In this document: piece after piece, positions 57,323 through 64,000 of the stretch
Position numbering within the stretch: the stretch's first letter is position 1
Layout of the letters: each line of letters opens with the position of its first letter
Origin: an uncultured Candidatus Saccharibacteria bacterium
Lineage (GTDB): Bacteria > Patescibacteriota > Saccharimonadia > Saccharimonadales > CAZICT01
Length of the DNA: 64,000 nt
Direction: 5' to 3'
NCBI GenBank assembly: GCA_964537935.1
Contig: CAZICT010000002.1
Coordinates: forward strand, 140,922-204,921
The notes under the pieces: model-generated
Told to the model about the DNA's origin: nothing
Database searches by the model: none
Seen by the model: only the letters and a program-made list of their open reading frames with translations
Program-made: the position numbers and the translations under genes

Positions 57323-58372
57323 ATGAGACGTTTAGCGAGAAATCAAAATGGTATGGCCTCAATCATTATTGTGACGGTCATTATCTCAGTTACCACATTA
57401 ATTACCATTAGTTTTTCTAGCTTGGTTCGCCGTGAACAGCGGCAAGCATTAGATCAACAGCTTTCAGCGCAAGCTCGTTATGCCGGTGAGTCCGAAATTA
57501 ACCAAAAAGTTGCTCTCTTTAGGCAAGATCCAGGCCTGTTGGCATCCTCAGACGGGTGCGAGGAAGAGCCGGCTCCCACCTTTAGTGATGTAAGTGGAAA
57601 TTCGGACAGTGAAGAAATTCAAACCACCTGCGTCGTAGTTAATACGGCTCCAGGACCAATAGTAGTCGATAAGCTTCCGGTAAATGAGTCTAAGATTTAC
57701 TGGATTGATCCTGCTGAAAACATGGAGAATTTGGTTATTGCCTGGCAAAATCCTGAAACAGTTGCCGGTAATCAGTGTTTAAGTACCGGTTACAATGTGC
57801 TGCCGCAAAGTCTAAGCAGTAATCAGATAGGAATGATTAGGTTTGATCTAGCGCGGGTTGGGGCAGAAGGGAGCCCTTTCACACGTGACTCGCTCAAAGG
57901 TTCGCTTTTCGGAGGAGTTTTATATCCTCGACAGGGGGGCAATGGAACTACTGGCTATATAACCGATTCTAGCCAGCAGCCGGTGATCACTGGTCGTTGC
58001 GGCGATACTTTACCTGCCGGATTTGACACAAGTGATCTTGATTCACAATTTAACGGTCCTTACGCGTACACAATTATACAAATGGGTAATAATCGTGATC
58101 GATATATATTGCGGGCGCGTAGTATATATAAAGAAACTCGACCCTTAGTTCTTGGATACAACTCCGAAGGTGACGTAATTACATTCCAGGATTCCCAGAT
58201 TCTCATTGAGGCTACCACACGCGTGAGTGATGTTGTTCAAAGAGTGCAAGTGCGAGTACCGGCGGCTACGCCTCCAAAAGATATATTGCCTGATCATGCA
58301 ATTCATGTCACTAACGGTGGTGTATGTAAACTGGTTGAAACCGAACCGAATAGCACTTCCAACGGCTGCTAA
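57323..58372 (+). CDS. PilX-like pilus protein (pilin-like N-terminus lacking Glu5)
   Basis: MRRLARNQNG|MASIIIVTVIISVTTLITISF followed by REQRQALDQQLSAQARYAGES, which resembles the PilX N-terminal domain. 349 aa. Last gene of the + strand pil block. Confidence 0.6.
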   Translation: MRRLARNQNGMASIIIVTVIISVTTLITISFSSLVRREQRQALDQQLSAQARYAGESEINQKVALFRQDPGLLASSDGCEEEPAPTFSDVSGNSDSEEIQTTCVVVNTAPGPIVVDKLPVNESKIYWIDPAENMENLVIAWQNPETVAGNQCLSTGYNVLPQSLSSNQIGMIRFDLARVGAEGSPFTRDSLKGSLFGGVLYPRQGGNGTTGYITDSSQQPVITGRCGDTLPAGFDTSDLDSQFNGPYAYTIIQMGNNRDRYILRARSIYKETRPLVLGYNSEGDVITFQDSQILIEATTRVSDVVQRVQVRVPAATPPKDILPDHAIHVTNGGVCKLVETEPNSTSNGC

Positions 58373-58392
58373 TTATAGATAGAACTAAAGTC

Positions 58393-59337
58393 TCAAGTTA
58401 GATTTTCAGTCTTACGGTGGAATTTAGAGTGTACTTCCTTTAAGTGTGGGTCAGTGACATGAGTATAAATCTGAGTTGTAGATATATTGCTGTGGCCCAG
58501 CAGCGCCTGAACCGAGCGTAAGTCTGCTCCATTCATTAATAAATCAGTAGCAAACGAATGACGCAGAGTATGAGGACTGACATGCTTGGTAATACCTGCA
58601 AGTCGAGCATAGCGAGCGACCATACGTTGTACGCTACGGGTTGTGAGCCGCCGGAAATTACCGGTACGGTCAACTTTGTGCAAACCACTAAAGCTGATAA
58701 ATAATGCTTTTACGTTATCATTGCGCTTATTAAGGTATTCTTGCAGCCAATGACAGGCCTCATCACTTATAAATATAGGGCGGTCCTTTTGACCTTTACC
58801 GCGGACCATAAATTCTTTGCGTTTGAGATTAAGATGATCAATATCGAGTCCCACCAGTTCTGACACGCGGAGTCCGGAAGAAAATAATAATTCCAATATG
58901 GCCCTGTCCCTTAAACCAATGACAGTCGAAGTCTTAGGCTGTTTAAACAAACGCTCAAGTTCATCTTCGTTTAAGAAAGTAACTTGCTTGCGCTTCGTTC
59001 GAGCCAGTTCAATTTTGTCAGCGCTGATTACGGGTATTTCCCGCTTTACGCAGTACTTCAAGAAGCTTCTTAATGCGATAAGATGATAATTAAGAGTCGC
59101 TTTATTAAGCTCATCTGAGCTGTTTGTTCCCAGCCTATTGAGCCACAACCGCCATTTCCGTACTAGGTCTGCATCAATATCGGACACTTTTATATCGCCT
59201 GCATAGTCTATCAAGCGTGTTAAGTAATGATCATAATTAGCAATGGTTTTCTGTGAGCGGTTTTGCTCTATCTCCAGATATTCCAAAAAATCGGTTTTTG
59301 CTTTTTCGAATAGCATAAGTATATTGTACGACATCAC
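58393..59337 (-). CDS. tyrosine recombinase, XerC/XerD type
   Basis: N-terminal SAM-like core-binding domain. Catalytic residues in context: RDRAILELLFSSGLRVSE, HTLRHSFATDLL and GHSNISTTQIYTH. Confidence 0.85.
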   Translation of the reverse strand: MMSYNILMLFEKAKTDFLEYLEIEQNRSQKTIANYDHYLTRLIDYAGDIKVSDIDADLVRKWRLWLNRLGTNSSDELNKATLNYHLIALRSFLKYCVKREIPVISADKIELARTKRKQVTFLNEDELERLFKQPKTSTVIGLRDRAILELLFSSGLRVSELVGLDIDHLNLKRKEFMVRGKGQKDRPIFISDEACHWLQEYLNKRNDNVKALFISFSGLHKVDRTGNFRRLTTRSVQRMVARYARLAGITKHVSPHTLRHSFATDLLMNGADLRSVQALLGHSNISTTQIYTHVTDPHLKEVHSKFHRKTENLT

Positions 59338-59406
59338 GGTGGATAGCGCATCACATCTGTTATAATATGAACTCGATAGACAGTAAGCGAAAAGAAAGGA
59401 AATCCC

Positions 59407-59928
59407 TTGGAGCGGACACTTGTTATTTTAAAGCCGGATGCCATAAAACGGGGGTTAGCCGGTGAGATAATTTCTCGTTTTGAAAGAGCTGGACTAAAAA
59501 TTATTGGCACCAAAATGCTCAGTCCAGATTATGAACAATATTTTCACCATTACGAAGGCATCAGCCAGATGGTATCTCGGCGCGGCAAAGACGCTTTTGA
59601 CGTTACTCTTGCATTGATGCAAGAAGGACCGGTTATCTCCTTTGTGCTCGAAGGTATCGGAGCAGTTTCGTTGGTTCGTAAGATGGTAGGTGATACTGAG
59701 CCACAAAAAGCTCTGCCTGGGACTATTCGGGGTGATTATGCTCATATGGGTTTTGATTACGCCAATAAAGAAGGCATTGGTGTACCTAATGTTGTTCATG
59801 CTTCAGGCAACCTAAAGGAAGCAGAGCAGGAAATTGCACACTGGTTTAGTGAGAGTGAACTTTTTGAATACAACACAGTTCACGAAGAATACACCCAAGC
59901 AAGGCGACGGGATAAGAACAAAAAATAA
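59407..59928 (+). CDS. ndk: nucleoside-diphosphate kinase
   Basis: ERTLVILKPDA, GTIRGDY and NVVHASG (active-site His). TTG start with GAAAGGAAA upstream. Confidence 0.88.
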   Translation: MERTLVILKPDAIKRGLAGEIISRFERAGLKIIGTKMLSPDYEQYFHHYEGISQMVSRRGKDAFDVTLALMQEGPVISFVLEGIGAVSLVRKMVGDTEPQKALPGTIRGDYAHMGFDYANKEGIGVPNVVHASGNLKEAEQEIAHWFSESELFEYNTVHEEYTQARRRDKNKK

Positions 59929-59996
59929 CCATTCTTAAAAGTTATTTTCCTTGGCGCTGTTAAAATATTAGAGTTGGCTTTTTAAGCGCCAGCTAT

Positions 59997-60073
59997 GCTC
60001 CGGTAGCTCAACTGGATAGAGCAGATCCGTCCTAAGGATAAGGTTACAGGTTCGACTCCTGTCCGGAGTACCA
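59997..60073 (+). tRNA. tRNA-Arg (anticodon CCT), CCA encoded
   Basis: Manual fold: acceptor GCTCCGG/CCGGAGT (G1-U72 wobble), D arm GCTC-AACTGGATA-GAGC, anticodon arm GATCC-GTCCTAA-GGATA (one mismatch), T arm ACAGG-TTCGACT-CCTGT, then A-CCA. Confidence 0.85.
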
Positions 60074-60218
60074 TAAATTATCAAATGCGTGGGAACAATT
60101 AAATGGTCCGCTGTCACCGTGTATTAGTACCACCCACCTGCGTCTATAGACCAAGTTAGTATTGATCCTAAAACACTAGTGGTTTTACCGGCAATATAAG
60201 GGTAAAATGTAAGTAGTA

Positions 60219-60758
60219 ATGTCTGATAAAAACTTTGCAGAACAGTTTGATGATGAAACCGTGCTGATGGTTTTCCGGCGCCATCCAATAGTAATGCGAA
60301 AAGGGTTAATCTTTAGTATGCTGGGTTTATTGGCCGGTACGTTGCCGGGTTTAATTACGCTCGAATTTTCATGGTTCTATGGGGGTTTGGCAGCTGGATT
60401 TTTTCTGGCTGTGCTACTGTTCGCGCCTGCATTTATTGCCTGGTATTTTAGTATTTTTATCGTAACTGACCAGAGATTTATTCAAATTACACAGAAGGGG
60501 CTGTTTCATCGGAGCTTTTCTGATCTTGGCCTACAGCACATTCAGACTATTAATTATGATATTTCCGGCCTGGAGCAAACAATTCTGGGATTTGGTACAA
60601 TTGTCATGCAAACGTACATGGGTGATCTGGTTATACGGAATGTCTATCACCCGGCCAAAACTCATAAAAATCTGAATATGATTTTGCGTGAACAGGGGAT
60701 AACGCCAGCCGAATATCCTCCTGAAATGAGTGAGAAAGATATAACTGATGAAGCGTAA
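60219..60758 (+). CDS. membrane protein with bacterial PH (YdbS/DUF304-like) architecture
   Basis: Two TM helices followed by a ~80-aa beta-rich domain (IVTDQRFIQITQKGLFHRSFSDL...GFGTIVMQTYMGDLVIRNV). Confidence 0.45.
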   Translation: MSDKNFAEQFDDETVLMVFRRHPIVMRKGLIFSMLGLLAGTLPGLITLEFSWFYGGLAAGFFLAVLLFAPAFIAWYFSIFIVTDQRFIQITQKGLFHRSFSDLGLQHIQTINYDISGLEQTILGFGTIVMQTYMGDLVIRNVYHPAKTHKNLNMILREQGITPAEYPPEMSEKDITDEA

Positions 60759-61845
60759 ACTAAAAAAAGTATTACAACGAAATAAGAATAAGGCCTCCAA
60801 ACAAGAAGTTTCAGGCAAAGTACCTCGGATTACTAATGACACCGTGGCCGAACACCGTGAGCAAGTGCTTTCGAGTGCCCGTAAGTATATCTATCCGCTT
60901 CAGCACTCCAAGCACCGAATAGTCATTATTTCAATTGGCGTGCTGATCGCAGCGATAATCGTATTTTTCAGTTATTGTACGCTTGCGCTTTACCGTCTGC
61001 AGAACAATTCAACCTTTCTTTATAGAGTTACTCAAGTAATTCCATTTCCTGTTGCGCGCATCGGCAGTCAACTGGTTGCATACGAAAATTATCTGTTCGA
61101 ATTGCGCCATTACACACACTACTATGAGACGCAACTCAAGGTAGACTTTAGTAATGAAGGTGATAAGGCGCAGCTCGACCAGTTCAAGCAGCGTGCACTT
61201 GATAAGGTGGTCAATGATGCATACGTTAAGCAGTTGGCTGATCGGCATGGCGTTTCGGTAACCAATCAAGAAGTAGACGCGGAAATTGAGCTGGTTCGCA
61301 GCCAGAACCGCCTGGGAAGTGATGAGCAGGTGCTGGAAGACGTCATAAAAGATTATTGGGGATGGACCCTTGATGATTTCAAGCGCACCTTACGGCAACA
61401 GCTGCTTGCACATAAGGTTGTAGCAACGCTTGACACGGAAACACATAAGAGGGCAGAGGCGGCATTAACTGAGCTAAAAAATGGTGCTGATTTTGCCGCA
61501 GTGGCAGAAAAGTATTCTGATGATCAAACCACTAAAACCAACGGGGGCGAATTTGGTTTTCCTATAGATAAAACCAGCCGCGAATTAAGCGCAAAATCAA
61601 TCGTTGCGCTTTTTAATCTTAAACCGGGTACTTACTCAGAGATCATTGATACTGGATATAGCCTAGAAATATTAAAAAATGTTGAAGAAAATAATGACAA
61701 GATTCGTGCTGCTAGAATAGTTTTTAATTACAAACCTATCGAAGATTATATTAATGACCTCAAAGCAGAGCAGCCGGCTCGGGTGTACATTAGCTTGCCT
61801 GAGCCACCAGAAATTGATCAACCGCAGGAGCCAGGAAATAGCTAA
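60748..61845 (+). CDS. membrane-anchored parvulin-type peptidyl-prolyl isomerase (PrsA/SurA-like)
   Basis: One TM, a SurA_N-like helical region and a rotamase motif (LKNGADFAAVAEKYSDDQTTKTNGGEFGF...GYSLEILK). Confidence 0.75.
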   Translation: MKRKLKKVLQRNKNKASKQEVSGKVPRITNDTVAEHREQVLSSARKYIYPLQHSKHRIVIISIGVLIAAIIVFFSYCTLALYRLQNNSTFLYRVTQVIPFPVARIGSQLVAYENYLFELRHYTHYYETQLKVDFSNEGDKAQLDQFKQRALDKVVNDAYVKQLADRHGVSVTNQEVDAEIELVRSQNRLGSDEQVLEDVIKDYWGWTLDDFKRTLRQQLLAHKVVATLDTETHKRAEAALTELKNGADFAAVAEKYSDDQTTKTNGGEFGFPIDKTSRELSAKSIVALFNLKPGTYSEIIDTGYSLEILKNVEENNDKIRAARIVFNYKPIEDYINDLKAEQPARVYISLPEPPEIDQPQEPGNS

Positions 61846-62812
61846 AAAACCACAGCTTGCTGATCTAGGGTGGAGTTCTTTCTTTGAAGAACAATGGCAA
61901 AACAAATCGCTCGGCAGCTTACTGCCTGCCAGGGTAACGGCTGATTTCGGTAATAAATATAAGATTGCTTTGCCAGGAGAAGGTGTTGCAGAATTATCCG
62001 GAGCTCTACGCCATCAGGCAGATGTTGCAACCTTGCCTAAGGTAGGAGACTGGGTTGGTGTACGAAAGTCCGGCGATTCATTGCATGTTATAGAATTAGT
62101 ATTAGATCGTAAGACAGAGATTGCCAGAAAGTATCCTGGCGCAAACCGGCAAAAGCAAGTCATTGTTGCCAACGTTGATAAGGCTTTTGTTATCCAGTCG
62201 GCGGATGAAGATTTCAGCATTAGCCGCCTGTCACGTTATTTGTTTCAGCTTTCACGCGATAAAATAACTCCAATTATAATCCTTAATAAGATCGATTTAG
62301 CTGACAACGTAGATGAATTTGTAGCGCAGATATCGGATGCATACCCGTCGATTCCGATACTTACGACGGTGGCCACAGATCAAAAAGGCATAGAAACTAT
62401 TCTTGGCCATATACCCCGCGGTGCAACAGCCGTACTGCTCGGCTCTTCCGGAGTCGGGAAATCAACTATCACTAATCAGCTGCTAGGGAAGAACATTCAG
62501 CGTATTCAGCCAGTCAGAGAAGTGGATTCAAAAGGCCGCCATACCACTGTTCATCGAGAATTGTTCATTTTACCGAATGGCGGAATGCTTATTGATACGC
62601 CCGGGCTTAGAGAGCTTCAAATCTGGGGTAGCGTAGAAGATTTGCAATACTTGTTTCGAGATATCGAAAGCCTTGCCTCGCAGTGCAGGTTTAAAAACTG
62701 TAGCCACACAACTGAGCCGGATTGCGCGATACAACTTGCGCTTTCTAAAGGTACCCTAAGGCGCCGCCGATACGAAAATTACATTAGGCTTAAGGAAGAA
62801 ATTAGTAGTTAA
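61754..62812 (+). CDS. rsgA: ribosome small-subunit-dependent GTPase A
   Basis: OB-like N-terminus, circularly permuted GTPase motifs (ILNKIDL, LLGSSGVGKST, DTPG) and a Zn motif (CRFKNCSHTTEPDCA). Start uncertain: the ATG at 61754 overlaps the upstream gene by 92 nt, and an in-frame TTG at 61814 is the alternative. Confidence 0.85.
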   Translation: MTSKQSSRLGCTLACLSHQKLINRRSQEIAKKPQLADLGWSSFFEEQWQNKSLGSLLPARVTADFGNKYKIALPGEGVAELSGALRHQADVATLPKVGDWVGVRKSGDSLHVIELVLDRKTEIARKYPGANRQKQVIVANVDKAFVIQSADEDFSISRLSRYLFQLSRDKITPIIILNKIDLADNVDEFVAQISDAYPSIPILTTVATDQKGIETILGHIPRGATAVLLGSSGVGKSTITNQLLGKNIQRIQPVREVDSKGRHTTVHRELFILPNGGMLIDTPGLRELQIWGSVEDLQYLFRDIESLASQCRFKNCSHTTEPDCAIQLALSKGTLRRRRYENYIRLKEEISS

Positions 62813-62866
62813 TAGACAGCTGCTAAGCTAATTACACATTTTTTGTTTCTTTAGGTTTAACTTAAG

Positions 62867-63808
62867 TTATAGACCATTCATTATGTTATCCAGCATAGCC
62901 ATTCGTACGTATAGTCCGTTGCCGGCTTGCCTAAAGTACTTAGCTCGCGGATCATCGTCACTTGTAGTTGGAATTTCTTGATTTCGGGGCAGCGGATGCA
63001 TAATTATGGAGTTTTTTGGCAATACTTCGAGTGCTTTGGCGTCTAACATAAAGTGTTTTTGGCCTACGCTTAGTAGATGGTCGCCATTATGCCGCTCAAG
63101 CTGTAATCGAGTCCAGTAAACCACATCGGCATCACGCAGAACATCATACATTTCAACAGTTTCTTCAAATGTTGTTCCGCTTTCGCTTAGGCTTGCCTTA
63201 ATATCCTCGCCAATCTGCAGTTCGGGGGTTGACACAAAACTGATGTGGTTGCCTTTATATTTGGATAATAATTTTGCCAGTGATCGAGCAGTGCGTCCGT
63301 GAGCTAAATCTCCGCCGATGACAACCTTAAGATTATCCAGTCGCTTAAATTGCTCGTAGATTGTATACATATCAAGCACAGCCTGGGTGGGATGCTCGGC
63401 TTTGCCGTCACCGCCATTTATAATTGCAACTTCACTGACACTGGCGGCCCGGTTAGCGAGTCCGTCCTCCTTGGTGCGCAAACTGATTGCATCAACGCCA
63501 TACTCATTAAATACACGCACCGTATCTTCGATAGTTTCTCCCTTTGCTGCAGATGAGAATTCAGCTGCATTTTCAGTGCCAGCTACGCTAATACCCAACT
63601 TAATGGCGGCTATCTCGAAACTGAGGCGGGTTCTAGTTGAAGGTTCATAAAACATGGTGAGCAAAATGCGGCCATTGTGGATCTTCATGATCTTTCTGCG
63701 GCTTGTTATCTGCTTGTCTTGTTCCCGAAAATAATCCGCCCGCTCAAAGAGATCCATCATTTGTTGATGGTCAAACTGCTCAGCAGTAAGTATATGTTGC
63801 ATCTCCAC
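62867..63808 (-). CDS. pyrB: aspartate carbamoyltransferase catalytic subunit
   Basis: FYEPSTRTRLSFE, EHPTQAVLD and the ATCase-type HPLPR (an OTCase would have HCLP). GGAGTGGAG SD present. Confidence 0.85.
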   Translation of the reverse strand: MEMQHILTAEQFDHQQMMDLFERADYFREQDKQITSRRKIMKIHNGRILLTMFYEPSTRTRLSFEIAAIKLGISVAGTENAAEFSSAAKGETIEDTVRVFNEYGVDAISLRTKEDGLANRAASVSEVAIINGGDGKAEHPTQAVLDMYTIYEQFKRLDNLKVVIGGDLAHGRTARSLAKLLSKYKGNHISFVSTPELQIGEDIKASLSESGTTFEETVEMYDVLRDADVVYWTRLQLERHNGDHLLSVGQKHFMLDAKALEVLPKNSIIMHPLPRNQEIPTTSDDDPRAKYFRQAGNGLYVRMAMLDNIMNGL

Positions 63809-63851
63809 TCCGTTTTTTTAAGCATCACGCATCACCGCGATTAATGCAAGC

Positions 63852-64000
63852 TTAAATTTTCCGGAAGCTACTGACGTTAAATCGAATTGTTTCTTTACTA
63901 AAGAGCAGATGACGGGGTGTTATCGAATCCGGCGATTTGCATATTCGCTGCTGCAAGCCTGCATCACCTGGTCCGACATCAAGCAATACCAGATTGAATA
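63852..64000 (-). CDS. 3' end of an unidentified ORF running into the window edge
   Basis: The only - strand frame open from base 64000, reading ...FNLVLLDVGPGDAGLQQRICKSPDSITPRHLLFSKETIRFNVSSFRKI* with its stop at 63852-63854. Too short to assign. Confidence 0.25.
   Translation of the reverse strand, partial: FNLVLLDVGPGDAGLQQRICKSPDSITPRHLLFSKETIRFNVSSFRKI

Noticed and set aside
59951-59992. The inverted repeat TGGCGCT…AGCGCCA between ndk and the tRNA could be a terminator or processing site.
   Set aside because: The loop is 26 nt and there is no T-run. The function is indeterminate from sequence alone.
58393-60073. A tyrosine recombinase close to a tRNA-Arg gene could mark the boundary of an integrative element carrying the pilus locus.
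   Set aside because: ndk lies between them. The recombinase has the full XerC/XerD-type architecture expected of the housekeeping dimer resolvase. I did not find a direct repeat of the tRNA 3' end elsewhere in the window.
63852-64000. The partial - strand ORF reads FNLVLLDVGPGDAGL, which is reminiscent of the DxxLLDxxMPxxDG segment of response-regulator receiver domains.
   Set aside because: Only 49 codons are visible. The ORF ends far earlier than a receiver domain would, and the key residues are not all present. It is kept as an unassigned partial ORF.
1-64000. An alternative genetic code (UGA recoding, as in some CPR lineages) was considered.
   Set aside because: TGA terminates well-conserved proteins at their expected lengths (for example mutM at 20777-20779 and the cytidylyltransferase at 37184-37186, both in ATGA overlaps). 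No conserved gene is interrupted by in-frame TGA.

Overview
This is a gene-dense 64-kb chromosomal segment with about 75 CDS and one tRNA-Arg. I saw no rRNA, CRISPR array, IS element or reverse transcriptase. Most genes are on the + strand. The standard genetic code applies: TGA acts as a stop, and there are several ATGA start/stop overlaps. About two thirds of the window is housekeeping: gdh, mscL, msrB, orn, dnaG-rpoD, polA, mutM, holA, rpsT, truB-rpsO-pnp, rnj, ftsK, rpsF-ssb-rpsR, efp, tlyA, ychF, ndk, rsgA and pyrB. Many of these carry basic or low-complexity extensions, lost cofactor ligands or insertions. The gene content suggests a small-genome monoderm-like bacterium of the Patescibacteria/CPR (Saccharibacteria-like) type. 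It includes a secretin-less type IV pilus locus, many small membrane-anchored hypotheticals and leaderless-looking starts. The taxonomic call is inference only.

The most interesting region is 40.8-58.4 kb. It starts with a monocistronic secreted Cys-rich protein driven by a perfect consensus promoter, followed by a membrane-anchored hypothetical. Next is a 1437-aa protein that fuses a PrsA/SurA-like foldase module to a roughly 1050-aa uncharacterised extracellular region. Directly downstream is a complete retractile type IV pilus operon: pilM-N-O, a small TM protein, pilB-T-C-A-D, three minor pilins and a PilX-like protein. I propose this as a candidate surface or host-interaction locus.

Secondary candidates:
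- An unannotated AbrB/MazE-like small ORF sits behind a 28-bp perfect palindrome and upstream of a MazG-like NTP pyrophosphohydrolase and a methyltransferase, with no MazF present.
- The DnaG contains no cysteine, so its zinc ribbon has lost all four ligands.
- A P-type ATPase relic lacks the catalytic motifs.
- An orphan protein carries a PD-(D/E)xK-like motif.

All homology calls come from reading the translations by eye. No searches were run.
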